A DNA stretch of 64,000 bases from a virus. Shown in pieces: positions 39,665 through 49,873 of this stretch. Position 1 is the first letter of the stretch. Every line of letters starts with the position of its first letter. The stretch covers positions 64,001-128,000 of the IMG/VR virus record IMGVR_UViG_3300032285_001268; one strand, written 5' to 3'. A program made the translations under genes and the position numbers. The notes under the pieces are model-generated. The model saw only the letters and a list, made by a program, of their open reading frames with translations, did no database searches and had not been told where the DNA came from.

Positions 39665-42600
39665 TTACGTGGTCCTATTGTTATAAATGTTAGAACCATT
39701 TCTTGCAGTTTGAGAGTTAGTGATCGCTTGTTCAGCAAAACCACCGCTTGAAGCACTACTTGGAGCACTCTTAAACCCATGTGCAAAGAAAGCCATTGCT
39801 AACATATTCCCATCTACACCTGAAGGTACGTTATTGCCTTTACCTTGAAAACTCATTTTATTTGCTATCTTAATTGTACCAGCAACTGTTGAATATATCT
39901 TAAAAGGTCCGACTGCAACTGTACCTGCAATCAATGTACCTGTCTGTGCGTTTGAACCACCACCTGATACGTTTCTTGCCACATACGTTTTAATTGCTCG
40001 TTGTGTAGGTACAACTGAATCAGAATTTGCTGTAAAATAACTGTCAGTACTAAATTGATTAATAACAATTTGATTAGTACCTAAACTTACACCACCTAAA
40101 CTCAATGTGCTTAGTCCTGACAAATTAAACAAACTAGCACTAACAGTAACAATACCAGTTGCCTGTTGAACTGCAAACAAGTTACCAACTTTAAAGTTAC
40201 CGTCTTGGTCAGTACTTGTTTGGAATACTCGACCTAGATTGTTTTCAACAATCTGCTGATAACCCACTGCGGTAGTTATGTCAGTGTTTGGATAATTTGT
40301 TGTTGCTTGATTTCCAGTACCAATTAACAAGAAGTCATGTCCAGTTAAACGACACTGACTATATTTTTGTCTAATGCTTACTGATGTATTGTGTATCGAC
40401 GCAACCGAGTTATCTATATCTGGTGCGATTCCCAGGGTGTAATTACTATTCCCCAATGACGTTGCTGAGACAACTTTATAGGTTGTTGAGTTTCCACTAA
40501 TAGTTAATGCAGAACCTAAACCAGGACTTGATCCAATTCCTCCAACTATTAGAGTTGAACCAGATTGATAAATGTCTGCAAATCCGTTACCTGATACAAC
40601 TACAGTTGTAGTTGTTGTCTGATATCCAGATCCTCTATTAGTCCACGAAGGATTGCCTAGTACACCTTTGCCAGTTCTAACTACAAAAGATGCAACTGTT
40701 CCGCCATTTAGTGACGGATTTGGATCATAAATGGTCACTGATGGTGCTGAAGCATATCCGCTACCTGGTTCCCATAATTTAATTAGGGCAATTTTACTCG
40801 ATGTAATAACGACTCTACCTAGAGCAGTTGCGCCAGTTACAATATTTGATCCCACTGTAGTCGCAGTTGACGCACTTCCAGCTACTGCGATCCATAGAGG
40901 AGTTGCACTGCCTGCGGCTGAGGAATTACCAAATTGTATGTCTGACCACAATGAGCTTGCTGACATTGTGCGAATCGTCCAATTGACACCGTCTTGACTA
41001 GTTGCGGCTATAGCCGAGCCTGATGCCACTGCAAAGAATAATCCTTGTCCGTAAGCAACGGCACTCCATGTAGTATTAGCTGGGAGTGTCGATGCAGTCC
41101 ATGTAATACCATCTAATGAATATGCGGCAGCCGTGCTGTTAGTTGCTATTGCTACATAACGTCCGTTACCGTAGGCCATGTCAATCCATTGACTACTTGA
41201 TGGTAGTGTGCTGGCTGTCCATGTTTGTCCATTTGTACTATAGGCTGCGGCTGTCGATGCACTTCCGCCTCCTGCTATTGCTACAAAATAACCAGGACCA
41301 GAACCGTATGCTATTGCTGACCATGTTGTTGAACTTGGAAGACTGTAGGCTGTCATAGTACTTGTTCCATCGCCAACAATCACTGTAGAAGTGCCTGTGG
41401 AAACTGCGGCAAATGTACCATTACCGTAAGTTAATGAATTAAAGTTATTAGTCGATCCTGTGTTTGCACCCAAGTTCCAATTGATACCATCTGTACTATA
41501 AGCTGTTACAGAATTTGAACTTGTAAAATAATTTCCTGTATTCTGATTTGAAATTGCCACAAACGTATTGTTGGCAAAATAAACATCAGTCCATACTGCT
41601 GTAGGCATTCCTACACCAAGACTCCAACTTGTTCCGTCTGCTGAATAAGCTACTAGACCGTCTGTCGAAACTGTAACATACTTGTTGTTGCCGTATGTGG
41701 CTGCACTCCATTTACCAGAAGTTATAGTAGTTGCAGTAGCAGTAAAACCTGGACTTGTAAATGTAACACGCGGTTCAATCAAATAGTTTGTAGTTGAATC
41801 TAGTACTGAAGCAATAGTTGTTCCTGGAATAGCATGATCCCATCCTGGTGAGTTTGTGCTTTCTGTATAGATTGTTGCAACCTTTGTACCAGAGTTGTAT
41901 GATTGAATGTATCCATATTGTCCTACACCTGTACCGCTAACGATCACTAATCGCAATCCAGTATAGTTTGTAGATGTATTTTGATCATTGCTGGCCAATG
42001 TTATTGATGTAGTGTTACCTGCCTGTGCTTGGTTACCTGCGGTAATGTATCCGTATCCGCCTGCGGCTGCTGTTGAACCTGTAACACGAACTTCAAATAC
42101 TGCGTTATCACGGAATTCATCAGCAACTGTGGCAGCGCCTAAACCAGCACCGTTAACTGTATATGATGCTGATGTATAGTTTTGTCCGGCATTGCTATAT
42201 TCAAATTTTAAGATTTTATTCTGTGCCTGTCCTGCAAATACTGAGGCAACCTGTGCAGGTTTTGTTTGGTTGTTGACAACGGCACTTAATGGTGTTTCAG
42301 ATAAATCATATCCTTCGCTAACAACACCATATACACCATATGAGCTGTTACCGTTGGTAGCACGAATCTTACCACCATTTTCTGCAAAGTATCCTGAATA
42401 TCCATAATATGAGAACACTGATACTAATTCAGTTAAGGCATTTGTACCGGTTACCCACGCACCAATACCGTCTGATAAAATGCAAGTAAAATCATTTGCA
42501 ACGATTGATTTGTTTCCAGAGGCATGTAGTGTTCCATCGACTTTCATACCGACACAGCCTATGCCAAACATGGTTACGTTTTGTATGTATGGTGATCTTG

Positions 42601-45589
42601 TGCTGATCTGTACAGAGGAGTCTAATGTTCCAAATCCCGGATCTAACGATACATACGCACCACCAGTTGGACGTTTTGTTCCGTTAGCGTTTGCTGTTGT
42701 TAGTACACCGCTTAGACCTTTTAAGGTCATATTTCTAATACCGCTACCGTTTCTCACAAAGAACATGTTGCTGATAGCATATCCGCCATAGACTGTTGTT
42801 GTGGTTGAATCGTTAGTTAGTGCAACTGGAACACCGTTTGGTGTTAGAGAAACACTGAATTGTGTTGATGTCAAAGTACTTCCGACAATATAATATGTTT
42901 GTCCCTGTATCAATCCACCAAGCGGTGTTGAGAATTGGACTGCGGTGCTAACGGTTCCACTGATTGAGGTATTCAATACTGTTTGTGCTAGTGTTACAGT
43001 ATAACTAACTCCGCTGGTAATCGCAGGAACTAGTAAGCCAGAATGCACATTGCTAACAGTATATACACCTGTACCACCGTTTGTTCCTGACACAAATCCA
43101 GTAATGTATGTTCCGGGTAACACATTAGTTCCAGATAATACTTGACCGATTGATACTGAGCCGCTTACTAGAGTGATAGAAGCTTGTGATCCAGTAATTG
43201 TGCCGGTGCCAGTAAATTGATTAATTTGCGAAATAGTATTACCGTTTGATACTCCTGAACCGCTAAGTACCATTCCTTTAGTAAAAGTACCTGTAATTGT
43301 GCCAGTAACTGAAAGAATATTACCGTTAATGCTTGCAGTTGTTGTCGAAGCATTGCTATAAGTCATGTTGGCTGTAGACAGAACTGTGATTAAATTCTTA
43401 GAAGCAGTAATTGTTGTTGACAATGCATTCTGACTAACACTAACTATCCAAGTTGATCCTGCTCCTGTGCCAGAAATATTTGAAACAATATATGTTCCAG
43501 TTGTTACGCCTGATCCTGACAGGTACATGCCAGCTTGTAGTGTACCGGCTGATACTGTGCCAACTGTTAGCGTTATACCACTGATTGATGAATTTAATAA
43601 AGTAGCCGTTGTTACAGTTGCGGCTGTTGCAGTAGTGCTTACAGATCCTGATGCTAGAGGTTGGATTGTAGTTCCGCGCAGTTCGTCACCAACTAATGCT
43701 ACACCGGCTGGCACGCTGATTGGTAGCACTTCGCTGTATAAACCTGTTTTAATAAAAATTGTTGCGGGTCCGACAATATTAGCACATGCATAGGCTACCG
43801 ATGCCCACGGATCCTGTAATGTTTGTCCGTAACCTGGTGCATCAACACCACCTGGTGCAACATAATACACTCCGCCGACTATGGCTCCAAAATTATCCCA
43901 ACCAGGAGTTGCCGCTGGAGTTACTTGTAATACGTTACTGACCGTGCCTATGCCTAGTCGTTGCGCGGCGCCGTTATTATACATTTGGAAGTCGCCAACG
44001 TATTCCATAACTTCAAACGGGCTACCTTGAGTATATGTAATCCAATAGGTGTTAGTTGTGTCTGCGGCAGGACTATTTGATGCAGATGATACGTGTCCTA
44101 AGATGCACTGATAGCTAGTACTAATATAGTTTATAGTATCGCCGACTACATATGATGTACCAGTGTTCCAAACATTTTGCCATCTGTTACCTGGAATTAC
44201 TAGTTGCCAAGCCGATGCTGATGTAATTGGTTCTTGTCCTAGATTGTCTGCAATCGCTGTATATAAATTTCCACCTTGGCGGACTGTGTCACCGATATAG
44301 TATTGAGTAGTCAAAGACCAATCGCCTCTAAGTCTATAGTTTTTGTTTAATAGTGTCCAGTTACTACCAGAATCTGTCGATGGTACGTTGTTAACGTTGC
44401 CGTTGATTGCGCTATAGTAGTTGTAACCACCGTAGGATACAATGTCACCGATTTGATATACAATGTTATTGATCCAGCCGTTGAGAAATTCCATACCGGC
44501 AATATAGACTGTGAATTTTGATATGTCAAATCCTGTACCTGCGACAGGTTGTGAATTTAAGTATTGTGTTGCTACAGATGTATGGCCTGCTGTACACAGC
44601 CATAAATCAGCTCCATATTTTACAAGGTCATTGGCCTTGTATCTGACGCCAGTAGTCCAGTTTGATTTTACATCAATACCTGTAATGACCACTTGCCAGT
44701 TTAAGATATCTGCTTCTAAACCGTTAGCTGCCGACGATTGACTCAAGTGACCTGTAGTGCAACGATAGACATTTCCACCGTAACGAACTATGTCGTTGAG
44801 TTTATAGCGATAGCTAGTTTGCCAATCTTTCTGCCATTTGTCTGTTAGAACAACAGTATCCCACTTGGATGAATCTAATTCGAGGCCAAGCTGACTTGTT
44901 CCGCTAATAGTACCGCTAGTTGTAAAACCAGATGTGCCATTAGAATATGACACAGAACTTGTTGATATGTTAGTAACAGTATATGTTCCGTTATAGCCTG
45001 CAGGAACCATGCCTGTAACTGTAATACTTGATCCAACTACATATGGTTGTACTGGCTGTACTGCAAATGACAAGGTTGCCACAGTACCAGAACCCGAAGC
45101 ACTAGTAACTGAAAGCGATGCTATACTTGGAGCACTAGTATGTGCAGTATTACAGCGATAAATGTTTCCGCCGTACTTGACTAGATCATTAAGTTTGTAT
45201 CGAGTACCGTTAGCCCAAGCGCCTAACCAATTGTCAGTAACTGCATAACTGGCCCATTTTGCTTGATCATTTTCTAGACCAAGTGCAGTTGTAGCTGCCG
45301 AAGTATGTTGTAGTGTACAAATATAAACGATGCTACCGTAAACAACGATACTACCTACATCATAAAATGTACTAGGAGTCCAAGCACCTTTAAAGCTGTA
45401 TCCGTCGAACCAAACAGTCCATATCCCGCTGGTTAGGTCTGTATAAAAACTTGTGCCGGCAGTATTACCGGTCAAGCAAACATATGATTTTCCGCCATAG
45501 CTGACAATGTCATCTTTAGTGTATAAAGTAGAAGCGGCCCAAGCACCCTTCCATGTATAGCGTATTCTACTGATTTTAAATTCGGCCAT
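39665..45589 (-). CDS. Giant virion fibre/appendage protein (1974 aa), paralogue of the 3961-aa protein
   Basis: Shared MAEFK..RIR N-terminus, 8 CBM-like repeats, near-identical RSPY.QNVTMFG...ATNGNSSYG core and YSQ.RLTGHDFL C-terminal block. Confidence 0.85.
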   Translation of the reverse strand: MAEFKISRIRYTWKGAWAASTLYTKDDIVSYGGKSYVCLTGNTAGTSFYTDLTSGIWTVWFDGYSFKGAWTPSTFYDVGSIVVYGSIVYICTLQHTSAATTALGLENDQAKWASYAVTDNWLGAWANGTRYKLNDLVKYGGNIYRCNTAHTSAPSIASLSVTSASGSGTVATLSFAVQPVQPYVVGSSITVTGMVPAGYNGTYTVTNISTSSVSYSNGTSGFTTSGTISGTSQLGLELDSSKWDTVVLTDKWQKDWQTSYRYKLNDIVRYGGNVYRCTTGHLSQSSAANGLEADILNWQVVITGIDVKSNWTTGVRYKANDLVKYGADLWLCTAGHTSVATQYLNSQPVAGTGFDISKFTVYIAGMEFLNGWINNIVYQIGDIVSYGGYNYYSAINGNVNNVPSTDSGSNWTLLNKNYRLRGDWSLTTQYYIGDTVRQGGNLYTAIADNLGQEPITSASAWQLVIPGNRWQNVWNTGTSYVVGDTINYISTSYQCILGHVSSASNSPAADTTNTYWITYTQGSPFEVMEYVGDFQMYNNGAAQRLGIGTVSNVLQVTPAATPGWDNFGAIVGGVYYVAPGGVDAPGYGQTLQDPWASVAYACANIVGPATIFIKTGLYSEVLPISVPAGVALVGDELRGTTIQPLASGSVSTTATAATVTTATLLNSSISGITLTVGTVSAGTLQAGMYLSGSGVTTGTYIVSNISGTGAGSTWIVSVSQNALSTTITASKNLITVLSTANMTYSNASTTTASINGNILSVTGTITGTFTKGMVLSGSGVSNGNTISQINQFTGTGTITGSQASITLVSGSVSIGQVLSGTNVLPGTYITGFVSGTNGGTGVYTVSNVHSGLLVPAITSGVSYTVTLAQTVLNTSISGTVSTAVQFSTPLGGLIQGQTYYIVGSTLTSTQFSVSLTPNGVPVALTNDSTTTTVYGGYAISNMFFVRNGSGIRNMTLKGLSGVLTTANANGTKRPTGGAYVSLDPGFGTLDSSVQISTRSPYIQNVTMFGIGCVGMKVDGTLHASGNKSIVANDFTCILSDGIGAWVTGTNALTELVSVFSYYGYSGYFAENGGKIRATNGNSSYGVYGVVSEGYDLSETPLSAVVNNQTKPAQVASVFAGQAQNKILKFEYSNAGQNYTSASYTVNGAGLGAATVADEFRDNAVFEVRVTGSTAAAGGYGYITAGNQAQAGNTTSITLASNDQNTSTNYTGLRLVIVSGTGVGQYGYIQSYNSGTKVATIYTESTNSPGWDHAIPGTTIASVLDSTTNYLIEPRVTFTSPGFTATATTITSGKWSAATYGNNKYVTVSTDGLVAYSADGTSWSLGVGMPTAVWTDVYFANNTFVAISNQNTGNYFTSSNSVTAYSTDGINWNLGANTGSTNNFNSLTYGNGTFAAVSTGTSTVIVGDGTSTMTAYSLPSSTTWSAIAYGSGPGYFVAIAGGGSASTAAAYSTNGQTWTASTLPSSSQWIDMAYGNGRYVAIATNSTAAAYSLDGITWTASTLPANTTWSAVAYGQGLFFAVASGSAIAATSQDGVNWTIRTMSASSLWSDIQFGNSSAAGSATPLWIAVAGSASTATTVGSNIVTGATALGRVVITSSKIALIKLWEPGSGYASAPSVTIYDPNPSLNGGTVASFVVRTGKGVLGNPSWTNRGSGYQTTTTTVVVSGNGFADIYQSGSTLIVGGIGSSPGLGSALTISGNSTTYKVVSATSLGNSNYTLGIAPDIDNSVASIHNTSVSIRQKYSQCRLTGHDFLLIGTGNQATTNYPNTDITTAVGYQQIVENNLGRVFQTSTDQDGNFKVGNLFAVQQATGIVTVSASLFNLSGLSTLSLGGVSLGTNQIVINQFSTDSYFTANSDSVVPTQRAIKTYVARNVSGGGSNAQTGTLIAGTVAVGPFKIYSTVAGTIKIANKMSFQGKGNNVPSGVDGNMLAMAFFAHGFKSAPSSASSGGFAEQAITNSQTARNGSNIYNNRTT

Positions 45590-45612
45590 TTAGTATTCTC
45601 GATAATTTCTAA

Positions 45613-45620
45613 TATTTATA
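45613..45620 (-). promoter_or_regulatory. Late promoter TATAAATA
   Basis: Exact consensus upstream of ATG 45589. Confidence 0.78.
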
Positions 45621-45978
45621 TACCGCTTGGGTAGCTATATTGTGACCCTGTACGGGCAACTAATTCTCCGTTAGCGTCGATATAATAGTATGTACTCTTG
45701 TCGCTCCAGCGATATTGTTCGTAATTTAAATTTGGATATTGCAAATTATGATTGATGTCTCGACCTTCAAAAAAATCAACACCTTCCTGGAAGTCTTGAT
45801 AATCGTCAGCTGAAGCACCTGGATTATTAATAGTTACCGAATCTGATCTGCTCAGTTGATCAATACGAACAAAGTATACTTCACCTGTAGTATCATCTCT
45901 ACGCAAGCCATACATATACCTCGGCATGCCGCCAAGTAATTCGTCCTGTGATCTACCAAATCTATAGTTATCTGACAT
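45616..45978 (-). CDS. Conserved hypothetical virion-cluster protein (120 aa)
   Basis: AAGGAG SD; tight packing. Confidence 0.7.
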   Translation of the reverse strand: MSDNYRFGRSQDELLGGMPRYMYGLRRDDTTGEVYFVRIDQLSRSDSVTINNPGASADDYQDFQEGVDFFEGRDINHNLQYPNLNYEQYRWSDKSTYYYIDANGELVARTGSQYSYPSGI

Positions 45979-45988
45979 TATTTGCTCC

Positions 45989-46318
45989 TTAGACTATCTC
46001 AGCGTAGCTCATTGTTACATCGACACTGTTTGCGGTATCGCTAACAATACCAAGTGTAGCATTGCCTTGAATAATCAATTTCTCTCCATTATTAATAAGT
46101 TTGGCACTAGTGTATGGAGGAATTACTAAGCCGTTAATGTAATTTGCAGTAGTAGGAGTTGTATCTGTAACTGTAACTGTAATGATTACATCGTAATCTG
46201 TTTTGTTTGAAATATTACACCCAATAAGTGTATACACGCTGGTCAACGGAGGAGCCAATAATGTTACTGGACTTGTTCCTATGTTTGTAACCGCTGTTGT
46301 TCTAAAATATGTTGCCAT
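45989..46318 (-). CDS. Small ~110-aa beta-sandwich connector-like protein B
   Basis: Paralogous to 27360-27686 and 49532-49864. Confidence 0.65.
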   Translation of the reverse strand: MATYFRTTAVTNIGTSPVTLLAPPLTSVYTLIGCNISNKTDYDVIITVTVTDTTPTTANYINGLVIPPYTSAKLINNGEKLIIQGNATLGIVSDTANSVDVTMSYAEIV

Positions 46319-46324
46319 TTAAAA

Positions 46325-47377
46325 TTATCCGCCAAATATTAATGCTTGTAAAATAGAAATGTCAGTTGCGGCTGCGGCTGTAACACCTGCGGCACTACCT
46401 GCGGCACTAGTCCAGCCACTACCGTCAAAAATTTCTACAAGGATTTGTTGTGTATTAAAACGTAACATTCCTAATTCTGCTGTAAGCGGGCGATCAGTAG
46501 TTGTTCCGTTAGGAATAACAACACCGTAAGTACCAGCCATCTTAACGTAACCTGTGGCATCTTCAACAAATGTCGATACGCCGCCGCTTGCAATATTAGT
46601 AATTGTATTGTTGCTGAATCTAAAATTACCTAACACGATTCCGCCAGATCCTGATGTAGTTAAATTTATATCAGTATTTGGTGATAGTGCGCTAATTGTA
46701 TTATTTGTTATGTCAATTGAACTAGTTCTAACATCGCTTGCAATTAAATTAGTAATTGTAATATTTGTGATGTTAGCTGTGTTAACATAAATGTTGTTCC
46801 ATTGTAGTAGACTAGAACCTAAATTATATGTATTAGATGCTGAAGGAACAATGTCGCTGTTTACTTCACCAGTAAAAGCAACAGTATCTGTAGTTGCATT
46901 ACCTAGGGTGATATTTCCATCAGCTGTGATAGTACCAGTGGCATGTAGGTCACCGTTGACTAGTGTGTTAGAATTAATTCTAACTATTCCAGTTCCACTA
47001 GCTGTAACATTAATATTGGTATTAGTACCCAACGCACTAATAGTACTACCACTTAATTGTAAATTTCCAGCTTGCAACGTTCCAGAGTAAACACTTGCAT
47101 TTGTGCCCTGGGCTGTGATGTTAATAGTATTTGAAGTACTGCTGATAGTATTACCACTAAATGTGATAGTACCAAGTGTTGTTGAGTTGTTTACGTATAA
47201 GTTTGTTGAGCGTGTTGTACCTACTACATCTAAGTCGTATGCTGGCGCTGTTGTGTTAACACCAATGCGGCTGTTCACAACATCCAAATAGAGTAAGTTC
47301 GTCTCGAAGGCTAAATTATTTCCGTTACGGAGTAAATTATCCTTTAAGAGCGGACCCGAAATACGACCAACAGCCAT
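46325..47377 (-). CDS. Fibre protein (350 aa), GRISGPLL family
   Basis: GRISGPLL..NL.RNG..LAF N-terminus; P.GTT..RP...G.LRFNT C-terminal motif. Confidence 0.75.
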   Translation of the reverse strand: MAVGRISGPLLKDNLLRNGNNLAFETNLLYLDVVNSRIGVNTTAPAYDLDVVGTTRSTNLYVNNSTTLGTITFSGNTISSTSNTINITAQGTNASVYSGTLQAGNLQLSGSTISALGTNTNINVTASGTGIVRINSNTLVNGDLHATGTITADGNITLGNATTDTVAFTGEVNSDIVPSASNTYNLGSSLLQWNNIYVNTANITNITITNLIASDVRTSSIDITNNTISALSPNTDINLTTSGSGGIVLGNFRFSNNTITNIASGGVSTFVEDATGYVKMAGTYGVVIPNGTTTDRPLTAELGMLRFNTQQILVEIFDGSGWTSAAGSAAGVTAAAATDISILQALIFGG

Positions 47378-47514
47378 TATGCTCTCCTTATACCCCGTGT
47401 TTCACGGTTAACCATGTTTGGGTTCATTACCCGCATCTCCATTGCGCACGGAGCTCTTTGTCGGTTTACCACAGTCGAATATCGCAAAATCTTGGTCTGA
47501 TCTTGCAGTACAAG
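47378..47514 (-). ncRNA. Candidate structured 5' leader RNA (about 135 nt)
   Basis: Between a late promoter and AAGGAG SD; at least four hairpins and two mutually exclusive stems. Confidence 0.5.
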
Positions 47515-47520
47515 TATTTA
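47515..47520 (-). promoter_or_regulatory. Late promoter TAAATA
   Basis: Preceded by an AAAAAC tract; heads the structured leader. Confidence 0.6.
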
Positions 47521-47534
47521 GCAGTTTTTGGTTT

Positions 47535-48728
47535 TTAGGCTAAGATAAGGGCCCAAGCATCGGCAGTATCGTAAACTGCTTCTTGACTTAGGATTGGAGA
47601 TGTTCCTGTAATACCAACCCATGTGTTAACCGGATCGCTGTAAACTTCGACTGCCCTATTGTCAGTGTTCCATCTGAAAGTACCAACTTCAGGATTCGGA
47701 GGGCGTTGAGTTGTTGTTCCAGCGGCCACTACCCACGCCTTGGAACCTGCGATCTTCCAATAGCCAGTTCCAGTGCTTGCTAGAGTCAACGGTGTTCCTG
47801 GAGTTGTAGTAAGTGTACTGTCTTTAATTGTTATTCCAGAATTTGGCATGTTGATTTTGCCTGTTCCTGATACTGAAAAAACTACGTTGTTTGAACTGTT
47901 TACGTTGCTGATCGTATCGTTGTTGAAATAAACATTGCCAGCTTGCATGGTGCTCAGTGCAAGTTGGCTTACATTCATAGTACCGGTGAGTCCCCCACCT
48001 ATTAGATTATTAGCATATAAATTTTTCCACTGTAGAGAACCAGACCCTAAGTTGTAAGCTGTTATTCCAGATTCATCATATACTGCTAGTCCATCTTCAG
48101 TGATCCATTGATCTCCAGTAACTTCTAATCCTACAAAATCAGTTGGAGCAGGCACAATGTCACTGTTAACTTCAGCAAGGATTGTGATCAAATCTGAAGG
48201 ATCATTGCCCAGTTGCAGATCACCGTCAAAGGTAATATTTCCAGTTGCATGCAAACTACCGTTAATTAGCACACTATTATTAATGACGGTACTACCGGTT
48301 CCTGATGGATTAAAATTTATATCGCTGTTTGTGCCGTTGCCTCTAATCGCATTAGAAGTTAATAATAAATCGCTGGTGCTAACACCTGATGTAACTATTA
48401 AAGGATTTGTCGATTGATTAGGCTGTATTGTTAGCCCTGTGATAATATTATTAATTGTACTACCGGAAATTTCAAAATTTGCTAGATCGCTAGTACCAGT
48501 ACCAATTAAATTTATAGTGTTAATATTACCAGTGGTTGTTCCGCCTTGATTAGTAAAGGTTCCAACATGCAGGGCAGCCACAGGTGTATTGTTGTTAATA
48601 CCAATGTTGGTATTTCCGCTGTTTACGTTTAGATAGAGTAGGCTAGTGTCAAACGCAAGGTCAACACCGTTGCGTTTTAGATTATCTGCTAGTAACGGGC
48701 CGCTGATTCTACCAAATTGATTGGCCAT
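47535..48728 (-). CDS. Fibre protein (397 aa), GRISGPLL-family paralogue
   Basis: Shares N- and C-terminal motifs with 46325-47377. Confidence 0.75.
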   Translation of the reverse strand: MANQFGRISGPLLADNLKRNGVDLAFDTSLLYLNVNSGNTNIGINNNTPVAALHVGTFTNQGGTTTGNINTINLIGTGTSDLANFEISGSTINNIITGLTIQPNQSTNPLIVTSGVSTSDLLLTSNAIRGNGTNSDINFNPSGTGSTVINNSVLINGSLHATGNITFDGDLQLGNDPSDLITILAEVNSDIVPAPTDFVGLEVTGDQWITEDGLAVYDESGITAYNLGSGSLQWKNLYANNLIGGGLTGTMNVSQLALSTMQAGNVYFNNDTISNVNSSNNVVFSVSGTGKINMPNSGITIKDSTLTTTPGTPLTLASTGTGYWKIAGSKAWVVAAGTTTQRPPNPEVGTFRWNTDNRAVEVYSDPVNTWVGITGTSPILSQEAVYDTADAWALILA

Positions 48729-48740
48729 ATTCGCTCCTGA

Positions 48741-49532
48741 TTAGGAATCAAATCCAGATAATACTATTACTGGTTTTCCGTAGGGTATTGCTGAACTGAA
48801 ATTTAAGTAACTGCCTGTGGCTGTGGCTGTTGGAACAACGATGTTTATAAACGTTCCAGTCGGAATACTGCCAGTTACTGTTGGCTTATTAATAGTGATA
48901 GTATCCAACTGCCCAGATGCATTGGTTGTATAGCTAGACACTGTGGTTGCGCTTTGTATTCTGTTAGAATATGTACCAGTGATAGTCACTGCGGATCCTA
49001 CTAGATTCAAAGAAGGATAAATGATATCCGCTGATGTGTCTAAATTAATAGTTGTTGCACCAATGCTAGTTGATCCTGTAGTTTGCGGTTGATATGTCTC
49101 GCCTGGAATACTTGGATTAGGAACTACTGTATAGTTAGTGTTGAAAATTTGTATAACGTTTTCTACTAGCACAATAAGATTCGCGCCAGTCCACGAATAT
49201 CCGCTTTGAGATACTAGTGGAGGTGCAGGATTTAATGGACCAAAATATGTAGCACTGGCATCACCGTAGCCCACAGTTTGTAGGATAATTGCTCCGGACT
49301 CTCGATATCGTAATGCCCTCCAAGAGTATCCTTGATAAACTTCAACATCGCCTGTGTCTTTGTTGTAACGCATCATACCATTGTCAGGAACAGCTGGTCT
49401 TTCGCTAGTTGCGCCAGCAGGTAACTTCATGGTATTTGTACTACCCATGACTACTGCGTTTGTAGTATCTACATACAACGCATTATCGTATACTGCTCTG
49501 CGATTTAGAGTTTGTCTGCGTAAAAATCTCAT
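48741..49532 (-). CDS. Virion structural protein (263 aa)
   Basis: LPAGATSERP...GMMRYN motif shared with fibre genes. Confidence 0.7.
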   Translation of the reverse strand: MRFLRRQTLNRRAVYDNALYVDTTNAVVMGSTNTMKLPAGATSERPAVPDNGMMRYNKDTGDVEVYQGYSWRALRYRESGAIILQTVGYGDASATYFGPLNPAPPLVSQSGYSWTGANLIVLVENVIQIFNTNYTVVPNPSIPGETYQPQTTGSTSIGATTINLDTSADIIYPSLNLVGSAVTITGTYSNRIQSATTVSSYTTNASGQLDTITINKPTVTGSIPTGTFINIVVPTATATGSYLNFSSAIPYGKPVIVLSGFDS

Positions 49533-49864
49533 TATACCGCCAATGTACTAATTGTTACTACTAGTCTGCTAGCTGTGTCGCTAACTGCTACCAGTGTATC
49601 TCCATTACCTAATACTAATTTTTCTTGATCAAAACTTAATGTTTCACCTGCTGTGATAGGAATGGCCTTGGCTATTAAATTATTATTTGATAGTGTTGCG
49701 CCATTTGGTACAGCATACAAAGTAAGTGTCGCTATATTTGCATTAGGATTTGATGCGTCAAATGCAACAATATTGCAAAAAATCATGCAGGTAATAGCAT
49801 TGTTGCCAGTGCTAGAATATATTGTTGTGTTAGATGTTCCAATTGCTGCCGATGTTAATGCCAT
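49532..49864 (-). CDS. Small ~110-aa beta-sandwich connector-like protein C
   Basis: EKLVLGNGD motif; paralogous to 27360-27686 and 45989-46318. Confidence 0.65.
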   Translation of the reverse strand: MALTSAAIGTSNTTIYSSTGNNAITCMIFCNIVAFDASNPNANIATLTLYAVPNGATLSNNNLIAKAIPITAGETLSFDQEKLVLGNGDTLVAVSDTASRLVVTISTLAV

Positions 49865-49873
49865 AGTTGTTCC

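Noticed and set aside
23537-45589. Diversity-generating retroelement acting on fibre tips
   Set aside because: No reverse transcriptase in the window and no TR/VR pair differing only at adenines; the repeats seen are synonymously diverged paralogous segments.
47378-47514. c-di-GMP-I riboswitch (GGUAAACC...CAAAG resemblance)
   Set aside because: Lacks the GNRA-capped P2 and tetraloop-receptor arrangement; kept only as an unassigned structured leader.
27634-48417. Many 60-200 aa plus-strand ORFs opposite the fibre genes (e.g. 33037-33576, 32647-32946, 43467-43793)
   Set aside because: Antisense shadows of Thr/Gly/Ser-rich codons that lack stops on the opposite strand; Val/Pro/Ala-rich, no SD, promoter or motifs.
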